From contig JAUNNO010000001.1 in assembly GCA_030531425.1 (NCBI GenBank), positions 1 through 57,681 of the forward strand: 57,681 nt of DNA, in the 5' to 3' direction. This stretch comes from a bacterium. GTDB taxonomy: Bacteria; Bacillota_I; Bacilli_A; RF39; UBA660. Position numbers and translations under genes: made by a program. Positions 25,810 through 35,746 of the stretch are shown in pieces. The notes beneath the pieces were generated by a model. That model was not told where the DNA came from and searched no databases. It saw nothing but the letters and a program-made list of their open reading frames with translations. Position 1 is the stretch's first letter. The number at the start of each line of letters is the position of its first letter.

Positions 25810-26670
25810 CTATATTCTATCAAATGTAATTCCTTTTATATTACCTAGTTTTATATCATTCATTATAACCATATAAATTTTATCATAATCAGGAATTCCA
25901 CCTTTCATAAGGCAACCTCTTTTACTTGCTATAACATTTAATGAATTTTCTATATCATTGTTATCTATGTGATCTATTCCAAACCTACTAACTAATATTT
26001 CATTATAATATTTATCAAGCATATTTAGTATGTGTATAACTACTATATCTATTGGTAATATTTCTTCTTTGATAGCAGTTAAACTAGCAAGATTTAAAGC
26101 TACAATATTCTCATCTAACTTAGGCCATAATATACCAGGAGTATCTAAAAGTTCAATATTACTATTTACTCTTATCCAATTAAGATTAGTAGTAACACCT
26201 GGCTTATTACCTACATTTGCTACTTTTTTACCTACTAATCTATTTATTAAAGTACTTTTTCCTACATTAGGAATTCCAACTACAAGTACTCTAGTTTTTC
26301 TTTCTTTCATACCCTTTTCTAATCTTTTATTATTTTCATCGATCATTAAAGAATTTGTAATATTTATTAAATTATTTAAATTAGTATTGTTATTTAAATT
26401 TAAACAAATAACTTTATAACCTAATTTTTCATAATACTTAACCCACTTATTTGTTTCATTAATATCACACAAATCATACTTAGTCATAATAAGAATTCTT
26501 TTTTTATCTTTTAATAAATTATCTATATCCTTTATTTTAGATGAATATGGCATTCTAGCATCTATTACTTCATATACTACATCAATTAATCCTAAATTTT
26601 CACTAATTAATCTTTTTGTTTTAGCCATATGACCTGGATACCAATTGATATTGGTTTTATTTTCGTTCAT
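25810..26670 (-). CDS. rbgA: ribosome biogenesis GTPase A (YlqF/RbgA)
   Basis: 286 aa with WYPGHMAKT. It has a circularly permuted GTPase layout, with TKYD placed before the VGIPNVGKST P-loop. Confidence 0.9.
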   Translation of the reverse strand: MNENKTNINWYPGHMAKTKRLISENLGLIDVVYEVIDARMPYSSKIKDIDNLLKDKKRILIMTKYDLCDINETNKWVKYYEKLGYKVICLNLNNNTNLNNLINITNSLMIDENNKRLEKGMKERKTRVLVVGIPNVGKSTLINRLVGKKVANVGNKPGVTTNLNWIRVNSNIELLDTPGILWPKLDENIVALNLASLTAIKEEILPIDIVVIHILNMLDKYYNEILVSRFGIDHIDNNDIENSLNVIASKRGCLMKGGIPDYDKIYMVIMNDIKLGNIKGITFDRI

Positions 26671-26711
26671 AAAATCACTCCTTAAAGTTCTAAATCTATT
26701 AAATTATATCA

Positions 26712-26741
26712 TAAAAAAGATAGATTTTCATCTAATCTATC
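26712..26741 (-). terminator. Rho-independent terminator upstream of rbgA
   Basis: Minus strand GATAGATT-AGATGAA-AATCTATC followed by TTTTTTAT. Confidence 0.55.
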
Positions 26742-26936
26742 ATACTTTTTAGGGGTTAAATAAATCGTAATCAAGCACGAAATGGAGACTTTTGAAAAAC
26801 TATTTTCATTATTTCCTGTTTTTTTAGCTTGTCTTTCTTTTCTTTTTTGATACATATCCATAATTATTTGCTTCCATTCTTTTTCCTTTAAATATTTTGT
26901 AATTAATTATTTGTATAACTTGTAATTTTAATCTTA

Positions 26937-27503
26937 CTATAATTCTAATTCTTTATTCTCTTTTGTATTATTCATTTCATGATACATTTCTTCTGTTACT
27001 TCATATATTTCTAAATTTTTAGGTTCTTCAACATTGCTCTTTTCAAATAATCTTTTTAAAGTTCTCATAAATGCATTATGAGTTACTACAAGTATGTTCT
27101 CATCACCCGTATATTTTTTAAACATATCATCCAAAAAATCTTTAGCTCTTTTTTCTTCATCTTCCAATGATTCACCCTCTGGTGGATCCATTAATCCTTT
27201 TTTATACATATCATATTCTTCTTTTGGAAGTTCATCTTTATATAATCCTTGCCATTTTCCAGATGAAACTTCTATAATTCTTGAATCTATTTCAAAATTT
27301 GCATCCCCTTTAATAGCTTTTAATGTTTGATGTGTTCTTTTTAATGGAGAACAATAATAATTATCAAAATTCATAGTTAAACTCTTCGCTAATTTCTTTG
27401 CATCATCTATTCCTTCTTGAGTTAGATTTGTTTCAATTGTTCCTGTTAAAATCCCTTCAACATTTGCTTCTGTTTGCCCATGTCTTATAAAATATAATTT
27501 CAT
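26937..27503 (-). CDS. histidine phosphatase family protein (GpmB-like)
   Basis: 188 aa with N-terminal FIRHGQTEAN, SPLKRTHQT, and VTHNAFMR. Confidence 0.85.
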   Translation of the reverse strand: MKLYFIRHGQTEANVEGILTGTIETNLTQEGIDDAKKLAKSLTMNFDNYYCSPLKRTHQTLKAIKGDANFEIDSRIIEVSSGKWQGLYKDELPKEEYDMYKKGLMDPPEGESLEDEEKRAKDFLDDMFKKYTGDENILVVTHNAFMRTLKRLFEKSNVEEPKNLEIYEVTEEMYHEMNNTKENKELEL

Positions 27504-27532
27504 TCTATCCTCCTTCCAAATTACTATTTGGC

Positions 27533-28324
27533 TTAATCTTTTTTATTACTTTCTTCAATTAACAAATCAAAATCAGATTTATATAGTTTATCTTGTTTTA
27601 TTCTATATTTTTCAAATTCTGTTAATGCTTTGTCACAAGCTATCTCGTGTGATATTTTACCTGCATCTTTTAATATATCTCTATCGTCTGATAATAAAAA
27701 TTTATCAATCCTAGTTGCCCAATCTTCCATAGTCATTGGAATGTGTCTTCTTGCTCTATTTTCTGCAATTTCTAAAAAAGCACTCACTATTCCTTCTAAA
27801 TCTTGCAACTCGTCTTTAAATAAATAATTTTTTGCTGTAACAACGTCTGATTTCATAATTTTACCATTTGGAGATTTTTCCCAATTAGTTAATCCCATAT
27901 TTTCTTTTTCAGAATCTGCTCTATCATAAATAATTTCAGTAGCAGTTTGCCTTGATACTGCATAATGAATTTTGTTTTGAACTTTTTTAAAAAAATCTGT
28001 TGAAATTGGAGATTTAGGATCATAGTCAATACTAGTAGCATATATATCAGTTACTTTTTGATAAAATCTTCTTTCAGATAATCTAATTTCTCTTATTTCT
28101 TCTAATAATTTTTCAAAATAATCTTTATCAATAAATGAGACATTTTTCATTCTTTCTTTATCAAGAACATAGCCTTGAATCGTAAATATTTTTAATACAT
28201 TAGTTGCCCATCTTCTAAATTGAGTTGCTCTTAAAGAATTTACTCTATATCCCACTGAAATAATTGCATCTAAATTATAATATTCTGTTTGATATACTTT
28301 TCCATCTTCGGCAGTATGTTCCAT
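27533..28324 (-). CDS. RhuM family protein, 5'-truncated (probable remnant)
   Basis: ..HTAEDGKVYQTEYYNLDAIISVGYRVNSLRATQFRRWAT.. is the RhuM core. The roughly 70-80 N-terminal residues normally present before this motif are absent, and the apparent ATG lies in a palindromic junction. Confidence 0.7.
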   Translation of the reverse strand: MEHTAEDGKVYQTEYYNLDAIISVGYRVNSLRATQFRRWATNVLKIFTIQGYVLDKERMKNVSFIDKDYFEKLLEEIREIRLSERRFYQKVTDIYATSIDYDPKSPISTDFFKKVQNKIHYAVSRQTATEIIYDRADSEKENMGLTNWEKSPNGKIMKSDVVTAKNYLFKDELQDLEGIVSAFLEIAENRARRHIPMTMEDWATRIDKFLLSDDRDILKDAGKISHEIACDKALTEFEKYRIKQDKLYKSDFDLLIEESNKKD

Positions 28325-28338
28325 TTTGGAACATACTG
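28312..28338. repeat. perfect palindrome CAGTATGTTCCA-TTT-TGGAACATACTG
   Basis: Read directly from the sequence: 12-bp arms and a 3-nt centre. The left arm is rhuM coding sequence and the right arm is its inverted copy, which forms the apparent TTG start of the + strand ORF. Confidence 0.9.
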
Positions 28339-29321
28339 AAATGTATAATAATTCATTTTCTTATATAGAAGATTTTAATAAAGCACAAGAATTAGCCAAT
28401 AACATTCTTAATCAAAAAATTTCAGATTCTTTTGATGGATTAATTAAACAAATTAATATTCATTTACCTAAAATAGAAAAAATATTTAGTCATTCATACT
28501 ATTGGTGTATTGATCAATGTGAATTTGCGACCAATATTAATTTTAAAAATCGTGATGATTTAAGTTTATTTTATAAGACACTAGTTGAAACCACATATTT
28601 CACTTTTAGTTCTGAAGACATATATTCTTTTTTTGGTAGAAATGTATCTAGAATTCATAATTTTTCTAAAGGAGAAATTGTTTCCGATTTAAGAAACAGG
28701 TATCAAGGTTACCGAATAAAATTTAAAATTAATAACAATCAAATTAAAATGTATGATAAAGGAAACAAATTGCGAATAGAAGTTACTATTAATAATCCTA
28801 AAGATTTTTAAGTACTTAAAGAAAAAGAAAATATTATAGAACATAAATCTATTGAAAAAGAAAAAGTTTGGGTTCCTATGGGTAAAAGCATATCTAATTT
28901 ATATAGATATGTTGAAATAAGTAAATCCATAACAAAAAGATATATAGAAGCGTTACCAGAAATTAATACTAATGAAGTACCCATAACTGAAATTAACAAA
29001 GTATCTTCATCTATTATAGTTAATAAAAGAAAATATTCTGGATTTAATATTTTAGAAAAAGATACTATTAAATTGTTTTCTATTATTTCATCTGAAGAAT
29101 ATTTAATTAATGGTTTCTCTAATAAATTAATTAGAAAAAAATATTTTAATGAAGAAATAACTAAGAAAGAAATTAATAAATTAACTCGACTATTATCAAA
29201 ACTAAAAGCTCATGTAATAATAAAAAAAGTAGCCAGAAAAAATAAATATTATCTAACTACTAATGGCAGAAAAATTACAAATAGTATATTGATCTATACT
29301 AGAAAAACATTATTAAATTAA
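28326..29321 (+). pseudogene. conserved hypothetical protein with C-terminal winged-helix-like region, 5'-truncated and interrupted by an in-frame TAA
   Basis: ORFs 28326..28811 and 28878..29321 are in the same frame, separated by the TAA at 28809-28811. The read-through is ..RIEVTINNPKDF*VLKEKE..WVPMGKSISNLYRYVEISKSITKRYIEAL.. I recall this family being annotated as MarR-like or hypothetical. Confidence 0.6.
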
Positions 29322-29376
29322 TCATCAATATTTACTATTGATATGGGGTAAGGGGAAATCTATCCTTTTTTATTTT

Positions 29377-29400
29377 AAACAAGTAAAAACTTGTTTTTTA
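29377..29400 (+). terminator. Rho-independent terminator (+ strand)
   Basis: AAACAAGT-AAAA-ACTTGTTT followed by TTTTA. Confidence 0.55.
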
Positions 29401-29424
29401 TTTATGCATTTAGAATGTAATAGC

Positions 29425-29456
29425 ATAAAAAAAACATATTTTGAACTAATATGTTT
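29425..29456 (-). terminator. Rho-independent terminator of pyk
   Basis: Minus strand AACATATT-AGTTCAA-AATATGTT followed by TTTTTTTATG. Confidence 0.55.
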
Positions 29457-29495
29457 AATTATTAATATATTTACAATATAATATAACCCTTTCAT

Positions 29496-30896
29496 CTATA
29501 TTTTTTCTATCTTTAAAAAATTTGTATGGGCTGAAAACGGTGAACTTCCTATTATAGCTACTAAATCCCCTTTTTTTAAATTTAATATTTTTTTAGCAAC
29601 TTCTATCCCTATTTCTACAATTTCATCTGTTTTGTTTGATATTTTTGTAACTGATGTATAAACTCCCCATTTTAAAGATAAAATTCTAGATACATTTTCA
29701 TCTGTTACAGTAGCAACAATAAAAGCATTAGGTCTAAGAGATGCCATATCTAGTGCAGTTTTACCTGTTGTAGTTGATACTACAATAGCTTTGATTGGAA
29801 GATATAGTGTTGCATTTACCGCAAGTTTTGCTATAGTATTATGAATATCAGTTCCAAGTAATTTATAATCTTCTAAATTATATTTAGTCATTTGTTCACA
29901 TTTTTCACAAATTATTGTCATTTGCTTTACTGTTTCAACTGGATATTTTCCAATTGTAGTTTCAGCAGAAGTCATTATTGCATCACAACCAGATAATACT
30001 GCATTTGCTACATCATTTACTTCTGCATTTGTAGGTCTAATATTATCGATCATACTATTCATCATTTGTGTTGCCATAATTATACCTTTACTGTGTTTGT
30101 GGCAAGCATCAATTAGGATTTTTTGATTCAAAGGCAAATTTTCAATTCCTGCTTCAACTCCTAAATCACCACGTGCTACCATAATATAATCAGACTCTTC
30201 TACAATCTCTTCTATATTATTAATTGCATTTTGAGTCTCAACTTTAGACACAATTGACATATTTGGTTTACCAAATATTTTACATAATTCTCTAACTTTT
30301 TTTATATCCGATCTAGAATTCACAAAAGAAAGAGCTAAAAAATCGCCATCAGATATACAAGCATATTTAATATCTTCTAAATCTTCTTTTGATATAAATG
30401 GTACATCTAACCTAACTCCTGGAATGCATACTCCTCTTCTGCCTTTAATAATACCTGAATTTTGAATTTCACAAACAACTTCTTTATCTTTTTTTTGAGT
30501 AACTATTAATTCATAAAACCCATCATCCAGTAAAATTCTACTTCCTATACTCAATTTATTAATTATATTTTTATAATTAAAGCAAATTTTTTCATTTGTA
30601 CCAATTACATCATCCTCAGTGATTACTATACTTTTCCCACTTACAAGTTGTATTTTATCATTAAAAAATTCACAAGTTCTAAGATCTGGTCCTTTTATAT
30701 CATATAAAATAGCTATATTATGATTTAATTCAGTACGTGCTCTTTTAACTAATGATTCTATTTTTTTTCTATTTTCTATATTAGAATGAGAAAAATTTAT
30801 TCTAGCAACGTTCATTCCATTTATAACCATTTTTTTAAAAGTTCCCCAATTATCACAAGAAGGACCTATACTGCAGATTATTTTCGTTTTTTTCAC
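29496..30896 (-). CDS. pyk: pyruvate kinase
   Basis: 466 aa with MKKTKIICSIGP, NVARINFSHS and MVARGDLGVE. There is no C-terminal PEP-utiliser extension. Confidence 0.95.
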   Translation of the reverse strand: MKKTKIICSIGPSCDNWGTFKKMVINGMNVARINFSHSNIENRKKIESLVKRARTELNHNIAILYDIKGPDLRTCEFFNDKIQLVSGKSIVITEDDVIGTNEKICFNYKNIINKLSIGSRILLDDGFYELIVTQKKDKEVVCEIQNSGIIKGRRGVCIPGVRLDVPFISKEDLEDIKYACISDGDFLALSFVNSRSDIKKVRELCKIFGKPNMSIVSKVETQNAINNIEEIVEESDYIMVARGDLGVEAGIENLPLNQKILIDACHKHSKGIIMATQMMNSMIDNIRPTNAEVNDVANAVLSGCDAIMTSAETTIGKYPVETVKQMTIICEKCEQMTKYNLEDYKLLGTDIHNTIAKLAVNATLYLPIKAIVVSTTTGKTALDMASLRPNAFIVATVTDENVSRILSLKWGVYTSVTKISNKTDEIVEIGIEVAKKILNLKKGDLVAIIGSSPFSAHTNFLKIEKI

Positions 30897-31076
30897 ATCA
30901 TCACCATAATAATTATATTTTCAAAATATAATTATTATTAAAAGTTATTTTTATAATGAAATTCCACATGTTTTTTTATTCTGCATAGAGTTTTGATGTT
31001 AATTTTAAAAAATGAATAAATATTATATAATAATTGATATTTTTTATTTTACAAGATATTACAAAAAAAATATTTA

Positions 31077-31952
31077 TTATTCAACATAAAAATATTTTTT
31101 GGATGACTCAACAAAATATACATATTCTTCTTTATTATTATCAATTAACACAACTTTAGTGTTACCATAACCTTTTTGATTAATTTCCACAACAGAACCA
31201 GCTTCAGTTATATTAACATCAACTATATCATAATTTTCTACTTTATAATCTACAATAATTATAGGATCTGTGAAATATATAGTTTTACTGGTTTCAAAAA
31301 AAACATAATTACAATAAAATAAAATGCAACCTATAACAACTCCAATAATAGTTATAATTAAGGAAATCATTCTTTCTTTTTTGTTTTTTAATATAATAAA
31401 TATAAACAAAAAAGACATAAATAAGCAAATTGAACTATTAAGTAAATGATAAGGAAAATTATTAAATATTGTATTTAATAAACCTTTCGTTCCAATTATA
31501 GATAAATATGATGTGGCAATTGATAAAATTAATGAAGAAAATATATTATTTTTTTTAATCTGATAAGCTATAAATGAACCAGGAATTGTTAAAATTGTCA
31601 AAAAGAACCATCCTGAGCCAATATAATAATTTCTAAAATACAATATAAAAGTATCTTTAAAATTCATACCCCTGAAAAATATATCTATTATTAATTCTAC
31701 AAAGTATATTAATGGCTGACTTATCAAAAAAAACAAAAAGCATTTTATAATAGCTTCTTTAACAGATTTACAATTAACTATTATAAATATTGCAAATATT
31801 ATCCACATATCAACATAAATTGCAATATCTTGAAATGATGTATTATTAAATAATGATATCCTGTTTAATATCGCTACTACAGTTGCTACAATAATAGAAA
31901 ATAATATTAAAAATTTATAACTTATATTAAAATTTCCAAATATTTTTTTCAT
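31077..31952 (-). CDS. polytopic membrane protein with small C-terminal soluble domain, unknown function
   Basis: 291 aa with about 6-7 hydrophobic helices. There is a 4-nt overlap with the upstream ORF. Confidence 0.7.
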   Translation of the reverse strand: MKKIFGNFNISYKFLILFSIIVATVVAILNRISLFNNTSFQDIAIYVDMWIIFAIFIIVNCKSVKEAIIKCFLFFLISQPLIYFVELIIDIFFRGMNFKDTFILYFRNYYIGSGWFFLTILTIPGSFIAYQIKKNNIFSSLILSIATSYLSIIGTKGLLNTIFNNFPYHLLNSSICLFMSFLFIFIILKNKKERMISLIITIIGVVIGCILFYCNYVFFETSKTIYFTDPIIIVDYKVENYDIVDVNITEAGSVVEINQKGYGNTKVVLIDNNKEEYVYFVESSKKYFYVE

Positions 31953-32497
31953 TTCATCATATCCTTTTTATCAAAATTATTATCTACATCTTTAAATTTT
32001 AAAATTGCAATTATAGCAGATATTACTTCTAATATATTTCCTATAACAATTACATATGCTCCTACATATATATTATAAATTCCCCACATAAGTCCTGATA
32101 ATAACATAACCCATCTAATATATTTTGGATTTTTATAATATGTAGATATAAACAATATAATATTTATTAAAAGCGGTAAAATGGACAATATTCCATCATA
32201 AAAAATTATAGAAACAATAAATAATAATACAATGAATACTATAAGAATTGCAAGTGGTATATTTTTACCTTTTTTCTCATACTTAATAAAAACTATATCT
32301 TTTACTTCTTCCAACACTTCTATATAAGCTCCAGAGTATGCTCCTTTAATTAAATATACAATTAAATAACACATTGACGCGAAAAATTGCGTTACTAAAA
32401 TATTTTTTTTAGATTTAAATTGTACACTAGCTACGTATAAAGCAATTGACAAAACTGATACAAAATAATAAATTAATCCTATAAAATTCATAAACAC
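31949..32497 (-). CDS. YgjV-like inner membrane protein
   Basis: 182 aa with about 5 TM helices. Size and pattern resemble the YgjV family. This is a tentative call. Confidence 0.45.
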   Translation of the reverse strand: MFMNFIGLIYYFVSVLSIALYVASVQFKSKKNILVTQFFASMCYLIVYLIKGAYSGAYIEVLEEVKDIVFIKYEKKGKNIPLAILIVFIVLLFIVSIIFYDGILSILPLLINIILFISTYYKNPKYIRWVMLLSGLMWGIYNIYVGAYVIVIGNILEVISAIIAILKFKDVDNNFDKKDMMK

Positions 32498-32499
32498 CT

Positions 32500-33993
32500 C
32501 TATTTATTCTCAAGCTTTTTCATTTTAATTTTATTAGCTTCTTTCTCTATATTTAATTTTTCATTCATATTATTGATTTTATTTTGTTCTGAAACCAAAT
32601 TATTTTCTATAGCATTTATTTTTTCAAATATATCTTTATACTCTGGTAAAATTTCATTATATTTTTTTAATTCATCATTAAAATAATTTTTCAACTTTTT
32701 TATTTCGTTTAGTGAATCGCTTAAAATTAAATCAATATAATTAACTTTATCCTCAACCTTACTAACTTGTTTAGATATATCCTCATAATTATAATTTATA
32801 ATTATCTTTTCTCTTTTTTCTAAAGAATTATTTATTTGTTTTAAACCTTTATTAACCAATGTACTTCCTAAAGCTATTCCAAATAAATTTAACCCACTTA
32901 AAGGAAGAGTTATAATACCGCCAGCTATTTTTAATATAGAAGAAAGCATTTTTCCTTTTGACACATACTCATATTTTTTTTCTACACTTTTTTTAAAATG
33001 AAAAGCCTTTTTATACATATCATCAATTATTTTTTTTTGGTTATTAATTTCTTGTATAATCTCATTTTTATAACTATCTAAATTATTAATTTTTTCCTTT
33101 GATAGATTAAACTTAACTTTAACATTATATTGATCTTTTTTATTTTTTTCTATGTTTTCTCCTACTTTGTTGCTATCTTGTTTTACAAGAGTTATATTAT
33201 CTATTTTAGCAATCTCGTCTTTACAAATATTTACAAGCATTTCCATTTCATTTAACTTAGCAATTTGTTTATAATCATCAATAGAATTCATTAGCTTAAT
33301 ACTTTCTATTACTTTAAAATCACTTAAATCATATTTATCTTTTATAGCATCATACTGAAGTTTTAACTTACATAACTTTTCTTTTAACTTGATATATCTT
33401 AATTCGAGTTCTTCTTGGGTTTTATATTTATTCTTTGTCTCAGTTTTAAGATCTTGAATTTCTTCAGAAATAAAATCCAACTTTTCTTTTGTATCCGATA
33501 TAAATTTATTTACTTCCTTTAATATATTAATTTCATTTTTTGTTTTTTTTATTTCTTTTTTTATATTAACTTTTTTATCTAAATTACTATTTTTAAATTC
33601 TATATTAGATAATTGTATATCTAAATCATCATTGCAAGCAAGTCCTACTTTTTTCGTATTATAATATATAATTTGCTTTCTAATTTTATTTTCTTTGCCA
33701 TCTGAAAAAGCGACTGATTTACTATCCTTTTCGTTTACATAATTTTGAAAATTAGTTTTATAATTTACATTATATGTTAATTTATTAATCTCACTTTTAT
33801 CTTCATCTGGTAAAACATTCACATCAGATCTATCTTTAAATGTATTTAAATTATTCAAATATTTTTCTTTTTTTTCTCTGTTTTCAAGCCTATATGCTTC
33901 TTTTTTTTCCTCTTCTTTATTATATCTAATCCTGTAAAGCATACTTATTATTCTGTCTTTTATTGAGCCTTTTGCTCCTCTATTACCATTCAT
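32500..33993 (-). CDS. coiled-coil protein with one hydrophobic hairpin, unknown function
   Basis: 497 aa, extremely K/E/N-rich with heptad-like regions. It has one hydrophobic segment, LSSILKIAGGIITLPLSGLNLFGIALGSTLV. Confidence 0.7.
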   Translation of the reverse strand: MNGNRGAKGSIKDRIISMLYRIRYNKEEEKKEAYRLENREKKEKYLNNLNTFKDRSDVNVLPDEDKSEINKLTYNVNYKTNFQNYVNEKDSKSVAFSDGKENKIRKQIIYYNTKKVGLACNDDLDIQLSNIEFKNSNLDKKVNIKKEIKKTKNEINILKEVNKFISDTKEKLDFISEEIQDLKTETKNKYKTQEELELRYIKLKEKLCKLKLQYDAIKDKYDLSDFKVIESIKLMNSIDDYKQIAKLNEMEMLVNICKDEIAKIDNITLVKQDSNKVGENIEKNKKDQYNVKVKFNLSKEKINNLDSYKNEIIQEINNQKKIIDDMYKKAFHFKKSVEKKYEYVSKGKMLSSILKIAGGIITLPLSGLNLFGIALGSTLVNKGLKQINNSLEKREKIIINYNYEDISKQVSKVEDKVNYIDLILSDSLNEIKKLKNYFNDELKKYNEILPEYKDIFEKINAIENNLVSEQNKINNMNEKLNIEKEANKIKMKKLENK

Positions 33994-33997
33994 ATAA

Positions 33998-34735
33998 TCA
34001 CCTTATATAATCTTTTATATTTTCACAAATAAAATTATCACAATACTTTTTAGCTTTAATATAATCTTTATTATTTTTTACAGTCCAGCCTAGTATTAAT
34101 TTTGTCCTACTCAATTTTTTTATTCTTTTAGATGGAAGTGATCTTATATCATAAGATATAAAATCTGGTTTAACCAAATAATTAAATAACATATTTTTTA
34201 ATATGATTTTTTTTAATTTCAACATTTTTTTGTTTCTAAAATCAGAAGACAATTGTCCAATAATTACATTAGGCGATTTTTTCCTTATGTAATATATAGA
34301 AAAAGGATTAAAGCTTTGAATAGCAAATATTCCTTTATAATTTTCAAGTAATCTCAAAACTTCTTTTTCTAATAAATAAGATTTTGAATCAGATTTAAGT
34401 TCTATTATTATTGGAACTTTACCGTCTATAACTTTTAACACATCTTTAAAAAGAGGTATATAATCCTCTGTATTAATTAACTTTAATCTAGATAATTCAT
34501 CATAATTTAAATCTTTTATTTTTTTATCTACCCCTGTAAGTCTTTTTAAATTATCATCATGGAATACGACTACAGAGCCATCTTTTATTATATGAAGATC
34601 TAATTCAATTATAAAATTATTTTTAATGGCTAAACGAAATGCTTCAATCGAATTTTCTAAAATATTTTTATTTATATTATGCATACCTCTATGAGCAATT
34701 ACGCTTGATGTCAAAAAATCTAAATTTTTTTTCAT
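33998..34735 (-). CDS. glycerophosphodiester phosphodiesterase family protein
   Basis: 245 aa with the GDPD signature AHRG..ENSIEAF..ELDLHIIKDGSVVVFHDDNLKRLTG. Confidence 0.85.
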   Translation of the reverse strand: MKKNLDFLTSSVIAHRGMHNINKNILENSIEAFRLAIKNNFIIELDLHIIKDGSVVVFHDDNLKRLTGVDKKIKDLNYDELSRLKLINTEDYIPLFKDVLKVIDGKVPIIIELKSDSKSYLLEKEVLRLLENYKGIFAIQSFNPFSIYYIRKKSPNVIIGQLSSDFRNKKMLKLKKIILKNMLFNYLVKPDFISYDIRSLPSKRIKKLSRTKLILGWTVKNNKDYIKAKKYCDNFICENIKDYIR

Positions 34736-34741
34736 AATTTA

Positions 34742-35257
34742 TTAATTAAACTTACCTATTTTTGTAAATGGAAATATTCTAATTGAAGTTTTTCCAACTA
34801 TATCTTTTTTATTTATATATTTTACTTGCTCATCTCTACTATCTCTAGAGTTTGTTCTATTGTCTCCCAATACAAAATAACAATCTTTTGGTAACACTTC
34901 TACTCCATATAATTCTTTTAACGAAAAATCATATGTTCTAGTATTATATTTATCTTTTAATAATTTACCATTTATATATAAATCATTATCCTTATATTCA
35001 ACACTTTCTAAAGGTAATCCTATAATCCTTTTAACAATTCTAGTTTTCTTACCATCTATATAAGCATTTATTACAACAATATCAAACCTATCATAAGTTT
35101 TATCAAATTTGTTTAAAATTAATATATTACCATTATTTAATGTAGAATCCATTGATGAGCCATCAACTCTTACTGGTGTAACTATAAAACTTCTAATTAA
35201 TACAACTACTACAATTATTATTAAATAAGGATACAATTCTTTTAATATTTTTTTCAT
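34742..35257 (-). CDS. lepB: signal peptidase I
   Basis: 171 aa with an N-terminal TM helix, the catalytic Ser box VDGSSMDSTL, the Lys box VKRIIGLP, and GDNRTNSRDSR. Confidence 0.92.
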   Translation of the reverse strand: MKKILKELYPYLIIIVVVVLIRSFIVTPVRVDGSSMDSTLNNGNILILNKFDKTYDRFDIVVINAYIDGKKTRIVKRIIGLPLESVEYKDNDLYINGKLLKDKYNTRTYDFSLKELYGVEVLPKDCYFVLGDNRTNSRDSRDEQVKYINKKDIVGKTSIRIFPFTKIGKFN

Positions 35258-35298
35258 TATACCACCTCATATAATATATTATAACATATATTATATAT

Positions 35299-35322
35299 TA
35301 AAAAAACAACTATAAAGTTGTT
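35299..35322 (-). terminator. Rho-independent terminator of rplS (bidirectional shape)
   Basis: AACAACT-TTAT-AGTTGTT flanked by A and T runs, located 5 nt after the rplS stop. Confidence 0.6.
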
Positions 35323-35326
35323 TTTT

Positions 35327-35683
35327 TTATTTATTTCTTTCTTTAATTTTAGGTGTTTTAGAAGATTTTCTAATATAACCTAATTTTGCTTGTCTTACTT
35401 TACCTTTTTTAATTACTTGTATAGTATCAATTCTTGGTGAATTAACAGGTAATGTTTTTTCTACACCTACATTTCCTGATACCTTTCTTACAGTAAAAGT
35501 CTTACTAATTCCTGATCCTTGAATAGCCATAACTAATCCTTCAAAGGCTTGAATTCTAGTTTTCTTTTTTCCTGTAGAATCTACTTCATCGATTTTTAAA
35601 TCAACTCTTATAGTATCACCAACTCTAAATTCTGGTAAATCAGTTCTAATTTGTTTTTTAGTAATCTTATCGATTAAATTCAC
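35327..35683 (-). CDS. rplS: 50S ribosomal protein L19
   Basis: 118 aa with FRVGDTIRV..RIQAFEGLV...R. GTG start with the AGGAGAG RBS. Confidence 0.95.
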   Translation of the reverse strand: MNLIDKITKKQIRTDLPEFRVGDTIRVDLKIDEVDSTGKKKTRIQAFEGLVMAIQGSGISKTFTVRKVSGNVGVEKTLPVNSPRIDTIQVIKKGKVRQAKLGYIRKSSKTPKIKERNK

Positions 35684-35746
35684 AATGTCACTCTCCTTTA
35701 TAAATTTATGATCATATTCTAATAAAATTTATATAACAATTAAAAA

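Noticed and set aside
26742-26936. Possible gene remnant (minus-strand frame ..KEWKQIIMDMYQKRKERQAKKTGNNENSF..) and a 22-aa hydrophobic + strand ORF between rbgA and the histidine phosphatase gene.
   Set aside because: It is too short, has no recognisable family, and there is no RBS for either. It is noted only as part of the decayed islet.
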